This document shows positions 1 through 12,564 of a stretch of DNA of 64,000 bases, piece by piece. This stretch comes from Laetmonice hystrix (taxonomy: Eukaryota): assembly GCA_965235115.1 (NCBI GenBank), contig OZ249451.1, forward strand, positions 10,292,001 to 10,356,000, read 5' to 3'. Within the stretch, counting starts at the first letter, position 1; every line of letters starts with the position of its first letter. Both the position numbers and the translations under genes were made by a program. Below the pieces are notes generated by a model that was not told the origin of the DNA, ran no database searches, and saw only the letters and a list, made by a program, of their open reading frames with translations.

Positions 1-1384
1 ATAAATGACCCTAGAATTTCAACCATTTTATTCTATTTCGTCTCAATATGTAGTTTGTGCGATTATGACGTCCACCTCTATTTTCGTAATCATTTAGCTG
101 TCACTATCCACGGGCCTGCAGGATAGTTATGAAAGTTTTCAAAGTATTTAGATCAGTGTTAATTAGTTATATCTTTATAGGCCTACACCTGCCTTCTGTA
201 ATTTTCCTTTAGTTTAAAATTCCGATGTGGTCTGACAGCCCCCAACACATGGCGGATCCGATCCGGTCATCACGACGCTGTCTTTATGAGATATAATCTT
301 GTGTTGTGGACCACTGTATCTACTGACTGGCGTTATCACTTTAATCCTGGTCATATCTATACATTTCCATTTTTAATAACTCCTGTCGGTGCCATATAGA
401 TTTATCTAAAGACCTACTAGATTAACCTTTGCAGAAGTTACGGTCAATATCTAATTTCTAAATAAAACCAATAGAAGCCTTTATTTTCAATTGATACTCT
501 CGTTTTGCGCTAATGTAACTATGTTATGACAAATAATGCAGATTATTCCTAACATTGTACCGCGTTCCCCGGTCCCGTCCAGTCGACGTGTCTTCAGCCA
601 CAAGGGCGCCGTCTGGAGAGATAAGCCTGAACTAACGTCTGTTGAAATAAGGCAGGAAGTGGACACTTTGAAAATTATAGGCCTTCACACAAAAAGGACA
701 AACATCATACGTACTTCTCTCACATGTTTATTGATTTCTTCAGACACTTACAGCGTCTCCGCGGGTTTGGCCATAAGAAATTCTATGTTATTTCAAGATA
801 TTTTTAGGGCATTAGGTGCGGCGAACCTATTCCGTCAGTCGCAATGGAAACGGCTCTTAGACATGTTTTGGACTTAACTTTTTTAGACGAATAAACGGAA
901 ATACAAAGACATCAGATAAACATATGACCTCTCAAGGCGCCCGCTATCGTGGAGTTGTCACCTGGCGGGACATAGCTAACACACAGCTGGCTGGCAATGG
1001 ACTGACAGGAGGCCATTTGTACGAAGGATAGACAGAGATATAATAAAGAGCTTACTAGTAGAATCATATAACAACAGAAATTGAGAGATGAAAGTATCTT
1101 GTGTCTTGAACAGACAGAGCTACAACACAGGCCTCAAAATATTTCAAATTCCCTTCACGAGACTGTTTTTTCAAGTTTTGAATGCTTGAATCAATAAATG
1201 AAGTAAAAGGGCGAGCAAGTCACTCCAGAAAATGAGGCCCCAGATGTCGAGAATTTCAAACTCTAACACCCTTTTGTTATCTCTTATTCTGATCCGGTGT
1301 TTTTCAAGATGGCATTTAGAAAACACAGAGGATTCTAGTGTTACTGGTATGCGTATAGTTCAGATTGCCCACCCGGAACGGCCT

Positions 1385-4300
1385 TTATTTGACTTCAGTG
1401 TTGATTTTTATGCAAGGGATACACGCAAAAAGCCCTCCTCGGGTTGAGCCCTCTTCTTTGCTGGTCGCCATGGGAACATCGTTGTCGGGATCTGAACGCC
1501 GTGCCCCAGGCACAGCTGAGGCCTCCTCCTGACCTTCCCCGGGCCTGACCGGGGATTCTTCATGGGGATCCGATGTTGATGGCGAGGCCTCCTCTGTATC
1601 TGATTCTGTATCTGATTCTTTTGATGGCAGCACATCAAACATAGAGTACGCGTCATCGTTTTGGCTGAGGCAAAGATCCGAACCCTGGTCCACAGATAAA
1701 TAGTACGCTGTCAAAATAATTAAAACATTTCACATAGAGCAATACAAACTAACAGGTATTTAGCAGAATTCTAAACAAAAGTAATTGAGGTTTTTATCCG
1801 TTTTAATGTGTGTTGGCCCGTGTCAACATCCCACCTGTGTGTTGGAATTGTGTCAATCTCCCACATAATGTGTGTTGCCCCGTGTCAACAATCCCAAATA
1901 ATGTGTAATGGCCCGTGTCAACATTCCGCATAATCAAATGTGTGTTGGCTTTGTATCAATAGCGTATATGAGTATTTAGCTGTTGTTGGTTGGATGACGT
2001 TAACTCACCTGCATTCTCAAAGGCTCTCAGTGTGACCGACCTGAGGCCAGCTCCCACTGCGTAGTAAAACAGATACTTCCATGGAGGGTCATCAGCGTTG
2101 AAGGTGGAAACCTGCTTGGAGAGCGGTACAGTGACGGTATCATAATAATAGAATAATGCTTCCCCACATCATGTTAAAATGTCAGGTTCGAGCTATGAGT
2201 GAAAGTAGTTTAAAAATCGAATGGAAAGTATGTCTCCACTGTCCTACAGCAGCAGGGACCTGCCTGGCTTCCACTTCGACTCCGCTGCCATATTTGGACA
2301 TAACTTATGCCTAAAAATAGATTACGGCTAGCTCCCAGCCAGTGCTGGCTTCAGAAAATAGCGGTCAGACCGAACGGTAACTTGGGGCGCTAACATAACT
2401 CCATTTTTAAAATACTTTCGCCTATCTCTTGAACCTGAAATTTTAATATGGTTTCACTAGTCTTCAGAGGTAAGCATTTAAATAATTTGGGGTGGCACTT
2501 TAAAGGCGCTCATGCTGTTAATCAATTTCTGAATTGACAACGTAACTGAACTGGCCAAGGAGTTCCGAGTAAGCTGTATACTTGCCGAGCTGTCCACGGA
2601 GGGAGGATCCGTGTTGTTAAAATAGACGTAGACGTCCGAGGCGTGATTGACCGTAGTCGCCAGGCCAGATTCGCCGGAGCCGGCTGGCCACACAAGGTAC
2701 ATCAGAAGGTTCATCAGGTCATCTAGTCAACACAGTATTTGATCATGTGGGAGCGGATCATGTGGGAGCGGACTGGGTGACGTCCGCCCAGACAGAATAA
2801 AAGGTTTCAGTCGCTGAGTTTTGTCTGCATAAATAACATTATTCATTTACATCGTCTTGTGTTCAGTCTTGGTGCCGATTCATTCACCAACTGCTCGATC
2901 AACAACCCATCCACCCGTACTCACCTGCGTCTTCTTGTAGCCATCCCTTCACCAACTGCTCGATCAACAACCCATCAACCCGCACTCACCTCAGTCTTCT
3001 TGTAGCCATCCCTTCACCAACTGCTCGATCAACAACCCATCAACCCGCACTCACCTGCATCCTCTTGTAGAGGCCCTATGAATATGTACGTGTCGTTTCC
3101 CCTCATTGCATTCGCTGGTTTGCCCACCGATTTAAGGTAAATGTCGGTCAGGTCGGATGATGGCCATCGTATGACGGATGTGTCGTCTGATGACTTGCTA
3201 ACAATAGCCTTCACCGTAATACTCCTGACGGGAACGTCCACTGTACACAGAACACGGACAATAATTGTACCTCATCAGGCGGTCCATGCATTTCGCCTCT
3301 TTAAAAATAGCAGGCCATGACGTTGAATCTTTAAAATGCGTCGAATTCACGTTCATTTCCTGGCTTATCGCATGTATTGGTGTCAGATTATTGTGCCCTA
3401 AGAACATTGAGATAAACTCTATCCCAGTATTGACAATAACTTTGGAGTAGATAATGTGACTTTCACCCTGGCAGTGGGCCAAAACTGCGTGTAATTTTCA
3501 GAGGAATCCCAAATCAGTTTCCCAAATTACTAATGAACATATTGTACAATAAAAAAACCCTGTTAATTAAAGTGGCCCATAAGTTTGTTAAGAACTTGCC
3601 AGTGTCAATGTCGAGCGTTGCTTCAACAGCTGTGTAGTGATATCTGAACTTCCCGCCCGTAATAGGCCGTCGGTATAACTAGAGAACATATAATGAAGTG
3701 CATGGATATGTCGGTATAACTAGAGAACATATAATGAAGTGCATGAATATGTCGGTATAACTAGAGAACATATAATGAAGTGCATGAATATGTCGGTATA
3801 ACTAGAGAACATATAATGAAGTACATGAATATGTCGGTATAACTAGAGAACATATAATGAAGTGCATGAATATGTCGGTATAACTAGAGAACATATAATG
3901 AAGTACATGAATATGTCGGTATAACTAGAGAACATATAATGAAGTACATGAATATGTCGGTATAACTAGAGAACATATAATGAAGTACATGAATATGTCG
4001 GTATAACTAGAGAACATATAATGAAGTGCATGAATATGTCGGTATAACTAGAGAACATATAATGAAGTGCATGAATATGTCGGTATAACTAGAGAACATA
4101 TAATGAAGTACATGAATATGTCGGTATAACTAGAGAACATAATATTATTATGAAGTGCATGAATATGTATACGGTACAGACACAAACTTCCTGTATTAAA
4201 TACAACATTTTCCTGTGTTTAACACCCACACCCACGCGTGTGTGCACTGAGATGTTTATTGTCTTACACCCACACATACATTTATGTGTGTATGTCACCA

Positions 4301-5472
4301 CCAGGCCATGGTAATACAGGAAATATGCCTTTGATATCAATGGAAATAAGTCAATATGCTGAGGTGATTTGCTAAACTCACAATGCGAACACACTTTCAC
4401 ACTTTACCATTCTTAAATCAAAAAGAATTCAGTATTCCGTATAATTATATCTTCACAAGCCAAGCACTATATAATTCGGATTATCGAGGTTTATTCTAGC
4501 AACCATCGTTGGATAGGACCGAAGGCAAATCTCATACACCGAAAAGATCATGCAATATCCAAGTACATATATCTACTGGGCTTGACCGAGGGGGAGGGAT
4601 TCTCGCCTCTAAGATACAGGTTCCGTCTCCTCCTCCTCCCCTGCTCCTCCTCCTTCTCCTCCTCCTCCTCCCCTCCTATAGGCCTATGATGTAAGTAACC
4701 CATGGTATACGTACAAGCAACATGTTTGACTTGAGACCGAAGAAGAGTTCGACGACGACCTGGTGGCTTCGGTTGACAAGCGGCACGAAGTTCAACATGA
4801 GGAGCTCATCATTATCGCTATGACCCAAACGTCAGTCATGGGTGGAGATGTGTACATAGTATAATAAAAAATGAATGTATTGGTTGTATTTGATCAAATT
4901 ATGTAAAATTGACTCTGTAGTATGTGGTACAATTCTCTACTTTGGGGCATTCTCAAAAGTAGCATTAGCCTGGTACCCATTGCATAGTGGGGATAGAGCC
5001 CCCTTCTTACCCTAAATTATACATAAAAAAGGAAAATATACCTAAGTGAGGCGCGATAGTTATAAATTGCTAATTTCCAACTCTTACCGTAGCTGTAGTT
5101 TATCCTTGACGAGATCTAGAGATATTTCCTCACAGAAGTGTCTCAGGTGACCATCCACCAAGAGCGTCCGTATTTTAAATCCCAGAAAAGGAATAAGCGT
5201 TTCCTGAAGAAAAAAAATCATAACATAATCTAACACAAGACTGAAGGTCAAAATAAACATATAAATTTATGCAGCTTTGCAGTATCGTGTATACGTTTCA
5301 CAAAATCTATCATGACTTATTTAGTTTCCCCCCTGATCTGGGTCCCGACAACGACCCAGGGAGCTGAATGAATACCCACCTTCTCATGGTCTTCATTGTC
5401 CGCGGGCGGATATGTGGTGCTCTCGGATTCTGAGGGTCTCTCGGCCGCGGTTGATGTCTCTGAATCATCCAT
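1385..5472 (-). CDS. Leaderless protein with putative IL-1-family-like beta-trefoil domain, acidic low-complexity N- and C-terminal tails (~354 aa, 7 coding exons)
   Basis: Hand-spliced exons (minus): 5472-5380 (MDDSETST...DHEK), 5203-5088, 4817-4711 (or 4715), 3240-3055, 2722-2586 (GC donor GCAAGT), 2111-2009, 1707-1385 (stop). Phases are compatible at every junction; the exon3-exon4 link is the least certain (weak donor GTATAC at 4710, or stronger GTACGT at 4714 plus an unidentified exon). The exon structure is well supported; the IL-1 fold call rests on visual alignment only. Confidence 0.6.
2885..3070. repeat. 65-bp tandem repeat x3 that copies the exon end and 5' splice site of the IL-1-like gene
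   Basis: Units start at 2885, 2950 and 3015; each contains actcacct (GTGAGT donor on minus) next to the exon-end sequence. Confidence 0.85.
3670..4140. repeat. 41-bp minisatellite, ~12 copies (intronic)
   Basis: Unit tcggtataactagagaacatataatgaagtgcatgaatatg; cggtataact recurs at 3671, 3712 ... 4081, 4122; no unique spacers. Confidence 0.95.
4627..4675. repeat. (CCT)n microsatellite
   Basis: ctcctcctcctcccctgctcctcctccttctcctcctcctcc. Confidence 0.85.
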
Positions 5473-6181
5473 GATGGACTTTGACCTATCTATGGAATCG
5501 GTCCTTCTGAGGGTAAATTGTCAGAAGATGTCGGCCTGTTGTGAATATCTGAACTGGCACTAGTTTTCAGATCTCTGCCTTAAGTATAGCCTCCTGTCAG
5601 ACGCTCCCTATACCAGCAGATCCCTTCTGATGGCAATAGTGCCTTTCTAGAAATCAAGTACACTTCCCAGTCAGGAACAGTACCGCTGTAATTGTGTCAG
5701 ACCAAACGGTATCCGGGTTAGCGGCCCATTGTGGACCACTTACAGTGGACCACCACCGGATGCATCTGTTTACATCACTAAATAGGTAGGTAACTACTTG
5801 CAGAGTCATGTCGCTTCCGTGTCATGGCTTTTCGGTCAGCGGTTTTATAGCCGCCGGAGATACATGTGGTTATACTCGTCTCCCGCTATTTGGATTTAAA
5901 TTTTCTGGGCCTCCCGGAAAACTCAAGTAAATATAGAGATTTTTATGTACAGTCCTGAGTTGCTAAGCAACAAAAACAATACCACATTATAATTCAATTT
6001 ATAATTTAATAACACAGCCCCACTCTTAGATATCAGAAGAAGAACCGCCGGACTCCTTCAAACAATCCTTCAGAATCCTTCCTTCCGGGAGCTGTTATTT
6101 TTTCTATTCTATTCCATTTGAAACAAAAAACAAAGTACGCGAGAGATAGTGGCTAGTACAGAGCCCTGTTGGGGAAAACAG

Positions 6182-6372
6182 AAAAAAAATTGTGGTGATC
6201 TCGAAATTACCACTATGACGTCACTAAGTGGTAATTTCGAGATCATCACAATTTTTTTCTCTGAAACGAACGCGATGAACTCGTAATAACGAATTAGTTA
6301 CGTCATTAACTCGTTATTACGACTTGATGACGTCACTAAGTGGTAATTTAGAGATCACCACATTTTTTTCTC
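6182..6372. mobile_element. Small palindromic/foldback element (MITE-like)
   Basis: aaaaaaaattgtggtgatctcgaaattaccac ... gtggtaatttcgagatcatcacaattttttt forms a ~30-bp-arm hairpin at 6182-6258; the right arm is repeated at ~6330-6372. Confidence 0.55.
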
Positions 6373-6694
6373 TGAAACGATTTTTCTTTTCTTCATGTCC
6401 CCAACAGGGCTCCGTAGGCTAGAAATGTTTGTAAGCATAAATAAAAATAACTCTTTCTTGCGGCGACACCGTAGGCGAAAGATGGCCAATACTGAAAGTC
6501 TATTTCCCGAAAGGTCAAATGTGGTGGAAATGGGAGAGGAGTTCCGGTATATAGAGTTCTCAGTGTAGAGCCGCCTGCTGCCCGGAATGGTTTCTGCTGA
6601 GCTCTGCACGGCTGACATAAAAAAAACGTTTGTGGTAAACGATGACACATTCAATGTGCCGCCACGCTTGGATGGGGAAGATGCTATTCTACGT

Positions 6695-7003
6695 TGGCCT
6701 CACAGACATTGCCCGATTTTATCGGCCAACTTAGGAGTCGGGTGCTAAAATCTAAAATAAAATAATAATAAACTCTAAAAATCGGCCGTATTTGGGGTAA
6801 AATCGGTCAGTGTAAGACAAATCGGGTCGGCAAATAAAATCGGCGTCGCTAAGAGCCTGATAATATCAGACTTTTATCCCGGCGACTTTGTCGGCCGATC
6901 CTGTAAATCGGTCAATGTGAGGCCGGTTGATTTTACATTTTTTAAAATATTTTATCGCCCGACTACTAAGTCGGCCGATAAAATCGGGTCTAATGTGAGG
7001 CCA
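6695..7003. mobile_element. MITE with ~55-bp terminal inverted repeats and internal aatcgg/ccgat subrepeats
   Basis: Left tggcctcacagacattgcccgattttatcggccaacttaggagtcggg matches the reverse complement of right cccgactactaagtcggccgataaaatcgggtctaatgtgaggcca. Confidence 0.75.
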
Positions 7004-7050
7004 GCTTATAGGCACGCCCAATTCGATTCGGCAACACAACTGACACGGGA

Positions 7051-7657
7051 CCCTGACTGTATTTTTCTTTTTGAAAATGCACGGGCATCAGGGGTAACCC
7101 AATTACTTTGACAATGTCCCTAAAGAGAAAAGTTGTATAGTCCTCTACAGGAATCGAACCCAGCCCCTAAGATTACTGCACCCATTCGCATAGCATAAGG
7201 TGTCGACATCCATGCCCACTGTGATTACTCCCCTGACTGTATTTTTCTTTTGAAATGCACGGGCATCAGGGGTAACCCAATTACTTTGACAATGTCCCTA
7301 AAGAGAAAAGTTGTATAGTCCTCTACAGGAATCGAACCCAGGCCCTAAGATTACTGCACCCATTCGCATAGCATAAGGTGTCGACATCCATGCCCACTAG
7401 GCCACCGCCACTCCCCTAAAAAAGGAGCTTTGGTGGTCGAGCAGGACAATGGACCCTCCCCCCTACACACATCTTTTTGAAATGAGACGGAATCCATATT
7501 TTCCTAGTTAGAGCTACACATGATTTCTACCGAACATTGACTGTTAAGGTAATCCTGGCACTGGCGTAGACTGTATTTTTCTTTTGAAATGCACGGGCAT
7601 CAGGGGTAACCCAATTACTTTGACAATGTCCCTAAAGAGAAAAGTTGTATAGTCCTC
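7051..7657 (-). mobile_element. tRNA-derived SINE, three tandem/partial copies
   Basis: Minus-strand Pol III A box TGGCCTAGTGG (7394-7404) and B box GGTTCGATTCC (7328-7338); the body is repeated at ~7051-7220, 7232-7416 and 7570-7657; there is no tRNA acceptor stem. Confidence 0.7.
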
Positions 7658-7881
7658 AAAAAGTGATTAGGCCGCTATATACCCCACCTGACGGTAGTGA
7701 TTAGGAACATATAGCCTAGGTTCCTAATCACTACAGGCAAAACAGTCTCTTCTTCACCTGGGAGGAGAACCAGATATTGTAAAGTCCGATACCGAGGATT
7801 TCTACATGGCACGGCGGCACCGCGCGAGTTTGTTGTTGTCTACATCCGGGCCAGTGGTCCCGACCTAGCCACCCCCCCCCC

Positions 7882-8018
7882 CTAGTGGCGTACCCAGAAA
7901 CTGAACCCAGGGGGTGCTGGAAATTGGCAACAAGCGCACCAAAAAACAAACAAACAAAAATTGGCAAATTGAGGGGGGTGCTTGAGCACCCCAAGCACCC
8001 CCCTGGGTACGCTACTGC
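7882..8018. mobile_element. Short MITE with cagtggcgtacccag-type termini
   Basis: tagtggcgtacccag at the left end; ctgggtacgctactg at the right end. Confidence 0.55.
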
Positions 8019-8426
8019 CCCCAACATGGCGACCTTCGTCGTACAGCCGAGACCAATCGGAACGTCCGAGGTCATTTCATTTCCGGTTGCGTGTTTTGCG
8101 TAGGCCTACGGAAAGCACGAGATGTTGCGATTGAGCCGAGACATGACATCAGTCGGTCGAAGCGTGTGCCGAGTGCTCCGTACCGTCGAGAAAATGAGCA
8201 ACCGTCAGGTAGCGCCGTAGTAACTTATGTATACAGAGGCGTCTTCTAGCGGGTACGAGATGCCAATATAATGTTTACTTGACGAATATGGAATCGAAAT
8301 AGAGGAATCGCCAGGTGGCGCCGTAGTAACTTATGTAGACAGAGGCGTCTTCTAGCGGGTACGAGATGCCAATTAATATGTCCACTTGACGAATACACAA
8401 GAACCACAGTCTTGTAAAAAAAATAC

Positions 8427-8816
8427 NNNNNNNNNNNNNNNNNNNNNNNNNNNNNNNNNNNNNNNNNNNNNNNNNNNNNNNNNNNNNNNNNNNNNNNNNN
8501 NNNNNNNNNNNNNNNNNNNNNNNNNNNNNNNNNNNNNNNNNNNNNNNNNNNNNNNNNNNNNNNNNNNNNNNNNNNNNNNNNNNNNNNNNNNNNNNNNNNN
8601 NNNNNNNNNNNNNNNNNNNNNNNNNNNNNNNNNNNNNNNNNNNNNNNNNNNNNNNNNNNNNNNNNNNNNNNNNNNNNNNNNNNNNNNNNNNNNNNNNNNN
8701 NNNNNNNNNNNNNNNNNNNNNNNNNNNNNNNNNNNNNNNNNNNNNNNNNNNNNNNNNNNNNNNNNNNNNNNNNNNNNNNNNNNNNNNNNNNNNNNNNNNN
8801 NNNNNNNNNNNNNNNN
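8427..8816. other. Assembly gap (N run)
   Basis: 390 N bases. Confidence 1.
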
Positions 8817-10111
8817 AGAGAGGAGTATTCATATTATTGTCAGTATACGCCCACAGGTATGTCACACGTCACAGAAAGGGGTAGGTGTGATTGAGTACCC
8901 AATGACCAACTTATTGTTGGTTAAAAAAATCAATAGGCCTATAGGCTCAAACAGTGATATTGGTTATATTTTCAACATTTTTTTCTGTTTTTAAGGTATA
9001 TCGTACGATTTTTTAAACGCTCTCATTTATGACTATAGGCATAGGGACCTTCCAGTAGGCCTATTTGTGATTACTGCGCTTCTCCGCGTCATCACCGTGT
9101 GACCACCTTCCTAAACCGTGTAACCACCGCACATTACGGTCAACCGTGCTTCAACCGTACTGAACCGCAACACAACTCCCTCTGAACCGTATTGTGACCT
9201 ACTAGCTACCTCACTGTCACCTTGTTGTCACCTATATTCACACCTTCCCAAATCGCTAGCCATTTTTAAGAGGTTCTGGAGGATTGTGAAAGACGACAAC
9301 AAGGTAGCAAGTCGCTGATGCATGGTTTTGAGAACAGCCGTGAAATTTTCAAACATTTTGAAAATCGCGCGGTTTCATAAACGAGGTGGCGGTCAATGGC
9401 GAACACCCTCACGGTGTCTTGGCGATGTCATTTAAGGTTCAGCACAGTTCAAACCCGTGCTGGATCGGCTTCAAAACCGCCCCCGTGTGAGGCACATGAC
9501 CTTCTGGTGGTGTATATGGTGCGGTGTAACCGCCACTTTGCCGCAGTCAACCACAAATTGAATTGCAACCGCAGTGGATCAGCCAATAAACAAAATACCA
9601 CAGTGTGACTGGTGGTGCCCCCTGTCTGTCATAAGCTGCAGCATGGAAACCATTGCCTTGTCATTACAATATTATTGTCTTTCATTAGTTGATGGAGGTT
9701 AGAGTTTCCGGGCATGCATTTCGAACCAGTCGACCTAAAATATAGATTTTACGAGAGTAGCGATGGTTGTATATATACATCATGCCCTCCAATACAGCAT
9801 GCCTTCAATACATAGAATCACAAATTAGCCATATTTATACTAAATGTCCTGTCGGCCTTTCAGTGACATTAACACAAATGAACAGAAATCCTTTGTGTTT
9901 TCCAATAAGATTGGAATAAAATGTATACACTGCACGTGAGCAGGAATGCCTATTTATAAATAATCTCTAGGACTGGAGGGTGGGCGGGTGAGGGTGAGAG
10001 TTCTGAGGGCTACATGCATTGGGCCCCTCGAAGAAAATCGACCGATGGCACCTTTCAGAAAATATCAGTCTCCTCCATGTGGGCAGCCCCCTCCTATCAA
10101 AGTCTATACAG

Positions 10112-10506
10112 ACCCGCCATCATAGGTCCTGTGACTATAGACGTCACATGGGACGCGCCATCATAGGTCCTGTGACTATAGACGTCACATGGGACGCGCC
10201 ATCATAGGTCCTGCGACTATAGACGTCACATGGGACGCGCCATCATAGGTCCTGTGACTATAGACGTCACATGGGACGCGCCATCATAGGTCCTGTGACT
10301 ATAGACGTCACATGGGATGCGGATCCGGCATCATAGGTCCTGTGACTATAGACGTCACATGGGACGCGCCATCATAGGTCCTGTGACTATAGACGTCACA
10401 TGTGACGCGGATCCGGCATCATAGGTCCTGTGACTATAGACGTCACATGGGACGCGCCATCATAGGTCCTGTGACTATAGACGTCACATGGGACGCGGAT
10501 CCGGAC
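10112..10506. repeat. 41-bp minisatellite, ~9 copies, with internal hairpin
   Basis: Unit cgccatcataggtcctgtgactatagacgtcacatgggacg; tgtgac...gtcaca is an internal inverted pair. Confidence 0.92.
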
Positions 10507-11432
10507 GTGTCAAAGATCTTGAACATTCCCGAGAACTTGTCGCAAATAGACTATCCTGCTGGGACCCACCATTCACTCATTCTCTCGGCAAAACGAACCA
10601 CATGTCATACTTTGTGAGCGCCGTGGTGGGATAGCTCTTCATCGAGGCAGGGTGATAGGTGAGGTCTTAACTGGGAAATCTTCGTAAAAATGTCTCGATT
10701 GTACAAAAAAGGTCCTGATTTTCATTTTTCCCTCCTAAATATAGGGACTCTTTTCGGAAAAATCGTGACCTTTGGCCTTTATACTATAGTCTTGCTGTGA
10801 CCCCTACTCATTCTCTGTCGCGACGCCTGCGTTGAGAGCGCCACAAGCATGACCGCATACAGCTATGATTAAATAATCATACAGCCATTCCTCGCTCTAG
10901 GATGTGCATGTGCTTCAACGTAGGCATTTCACCAGAGGCCACGTCCTACCATTACTAATTTATGTTAATGGTAGTTTATACTACAGACCTTTCTTGCATA
11001 TGACATTCACAAATAGGCCTAGAATCTATGTCTCTCAACCTTGTTCTTGTCATAGTGTATAGGCCTACTCTTTCTTTGCATACTCCAAGTTCATCCTGTC
11101 AAAATGTGGTGCCTTGAGGTCGTTTATATAGTAACCGATCTTTTTATAAACAGGGGCGGGGGGGGGGGGGGCGATAATCCAGGTCTAAGACACATTGAAA
11201 CCAAGCCGTTGCCGATATTGAGTCGAGTATTCTAGAGGTGGTGTGTGTGAGGTGTGACGAAGGAAAGTCCTTCAGGACTGGCGGGTGGGCAGCCGACATC
11301 CCTTGTTCAAGAAGAGAGTTTCACCCGACGCGCTTGGTGGTGGGTGCAATGGGTGAAGAATTCAAATTGAGACTAACCTTAAATCTAACCTTAGCCTAAC
11401 ACTCCGTGATTGGCTAATGATTTAGGGACTTA

Positions 11433-12443
11433 GAGTAGAGCGGGGCGAGACGCCCCCTTGAGGAAAGACGCCCCCCAGTGTTAACTCAGTTATTTATCCT
11501 TGAATTGGGATTCCCTAGCGGTTATTTTATGCACTAATGGACGTAGTGTTGACGCCAGGCCAGACAAGACGATTTGCGATATTTTCATGAAAGTAGGTCA
11601 ACATTACATTTTATGAATATTTTCGTATAAGGTTTGTGCAACACTCTTGTCCTCTGGTCACATTTACTTTGTGTGATTCAGCCTAAGTACTATCATGATA
11701 ATATAACAGAAGTAATTATCTGTAAATGGGGGAAAAGAGTTCGACCATCCACGCCGAAGATTTTATGTCACGCTCGCCTCGGTAAAAAATATACCCGTGA
11801 GGCAAGACGCCCCTAGGGGGGGCCTCATGCCCCAATGGTCATTCGTATATCAAAGGATAAAACTGGTTAAAAATCAAATAAAATGCTTGGGTGCAAAAGG
11901 GCGTTTAGAATTGGGCTAATTAAGCTAGCCTATAGGCCTAGGATGACAGGCCTACTTTGTCCTGGGTCCTATCGATCTTGGACCTAGGCCCCCACCCCCA
12001 AAATAGCCATTTAAAATAGGAAAAGGGGGCCAGCCAGCCCCCCTTTGGAAATTTGGGGGCTTTTCACAGTCCACAAATGCACCTTATTGAAAATTCAACA
12101 TAACAGATGGAAGACCCACATTCAAAAGAAACGAAAACTCGAGAAATAGAAAAAGTAAAAAGAGGAAATCTGCCAGGCTTTTATGGCTTGGATATAGGCG
12201 GGTGGGGCAAGACGCCTCCAGGGGGGCGTCTTACCTCTGGTATGGGGCAAGACGTCCCTTTGCAATTTTATTCGAAATAATTCATTTTTTAAATGTTGTA
12301 AAAAGGATACAGCTAAAGAATATTAGCAATAAGTAGCTAAAATATGTATGTTTCTTTCCACAAAAAAACTACTCATTCTGATAACACGGGGCGGCCTGGT
12401 AATGCTTTGACCCTTAATGGGGGCGTCTCGCCCCGCTCTACTC
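11433..12443. mobile_element. ~1-kb non-autonomous TIR DNA transposon with TA target duplication (Tc1/mariner-type)
   Basis: TA|gagtagagcggggcgagacgccccc ... gggggcgtctcgccccgctctactc|TA; internal ggggcaagacgccc subrepeats; it is nested in a degenerate relative of the 52518-53001 element. Confidence 0.8.
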
Positions 12444-12564
12444 TATCTATCTCAGCCCACCACTAGAGCGGACTCCTTGAAGGAGAGGCCAAGAGATTTC
12501 TCTTCTCTTGAAGAAAGCGAGAACATGCGTATCGGGTGCACCGGGGGACCGGGGGACCGGGGGG

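Noticed and set aside
220-1030. Possible 3' exons of an upstream plus-strand gene (e.g. ORF 536-877)
   Set aside because: No recognisable domain and no consistent splice chain could be built within the window.
3198-3482. ORF 3198-3482 (-) as an exon of the IL-1-like gene
   Set aside because: It is out of frame with the DVPVRS exon, and the only candidate intron is 30 nt, which would not restore the frame; treated as intronic.
3670-4140. Regular repeat arrays (also 10112-10506, 47202-47462, 51089-51420, 62517-64000) as CRISPR arrays
   Set aside because: Head-to-tail tandem units with no unique spacers, no cas genes, and a eukaryotic intron context.
7320-7416. tRNA gene
   Set aside because: A and B boxes are present, but there is no cloverleaf and the sequence continues into a repeated body, so it is called a SINE.
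8275-8994. Long ORFs spanning N runs (also 35972-36244)
   Set aside because: Artefacts of translating assembly gaps.
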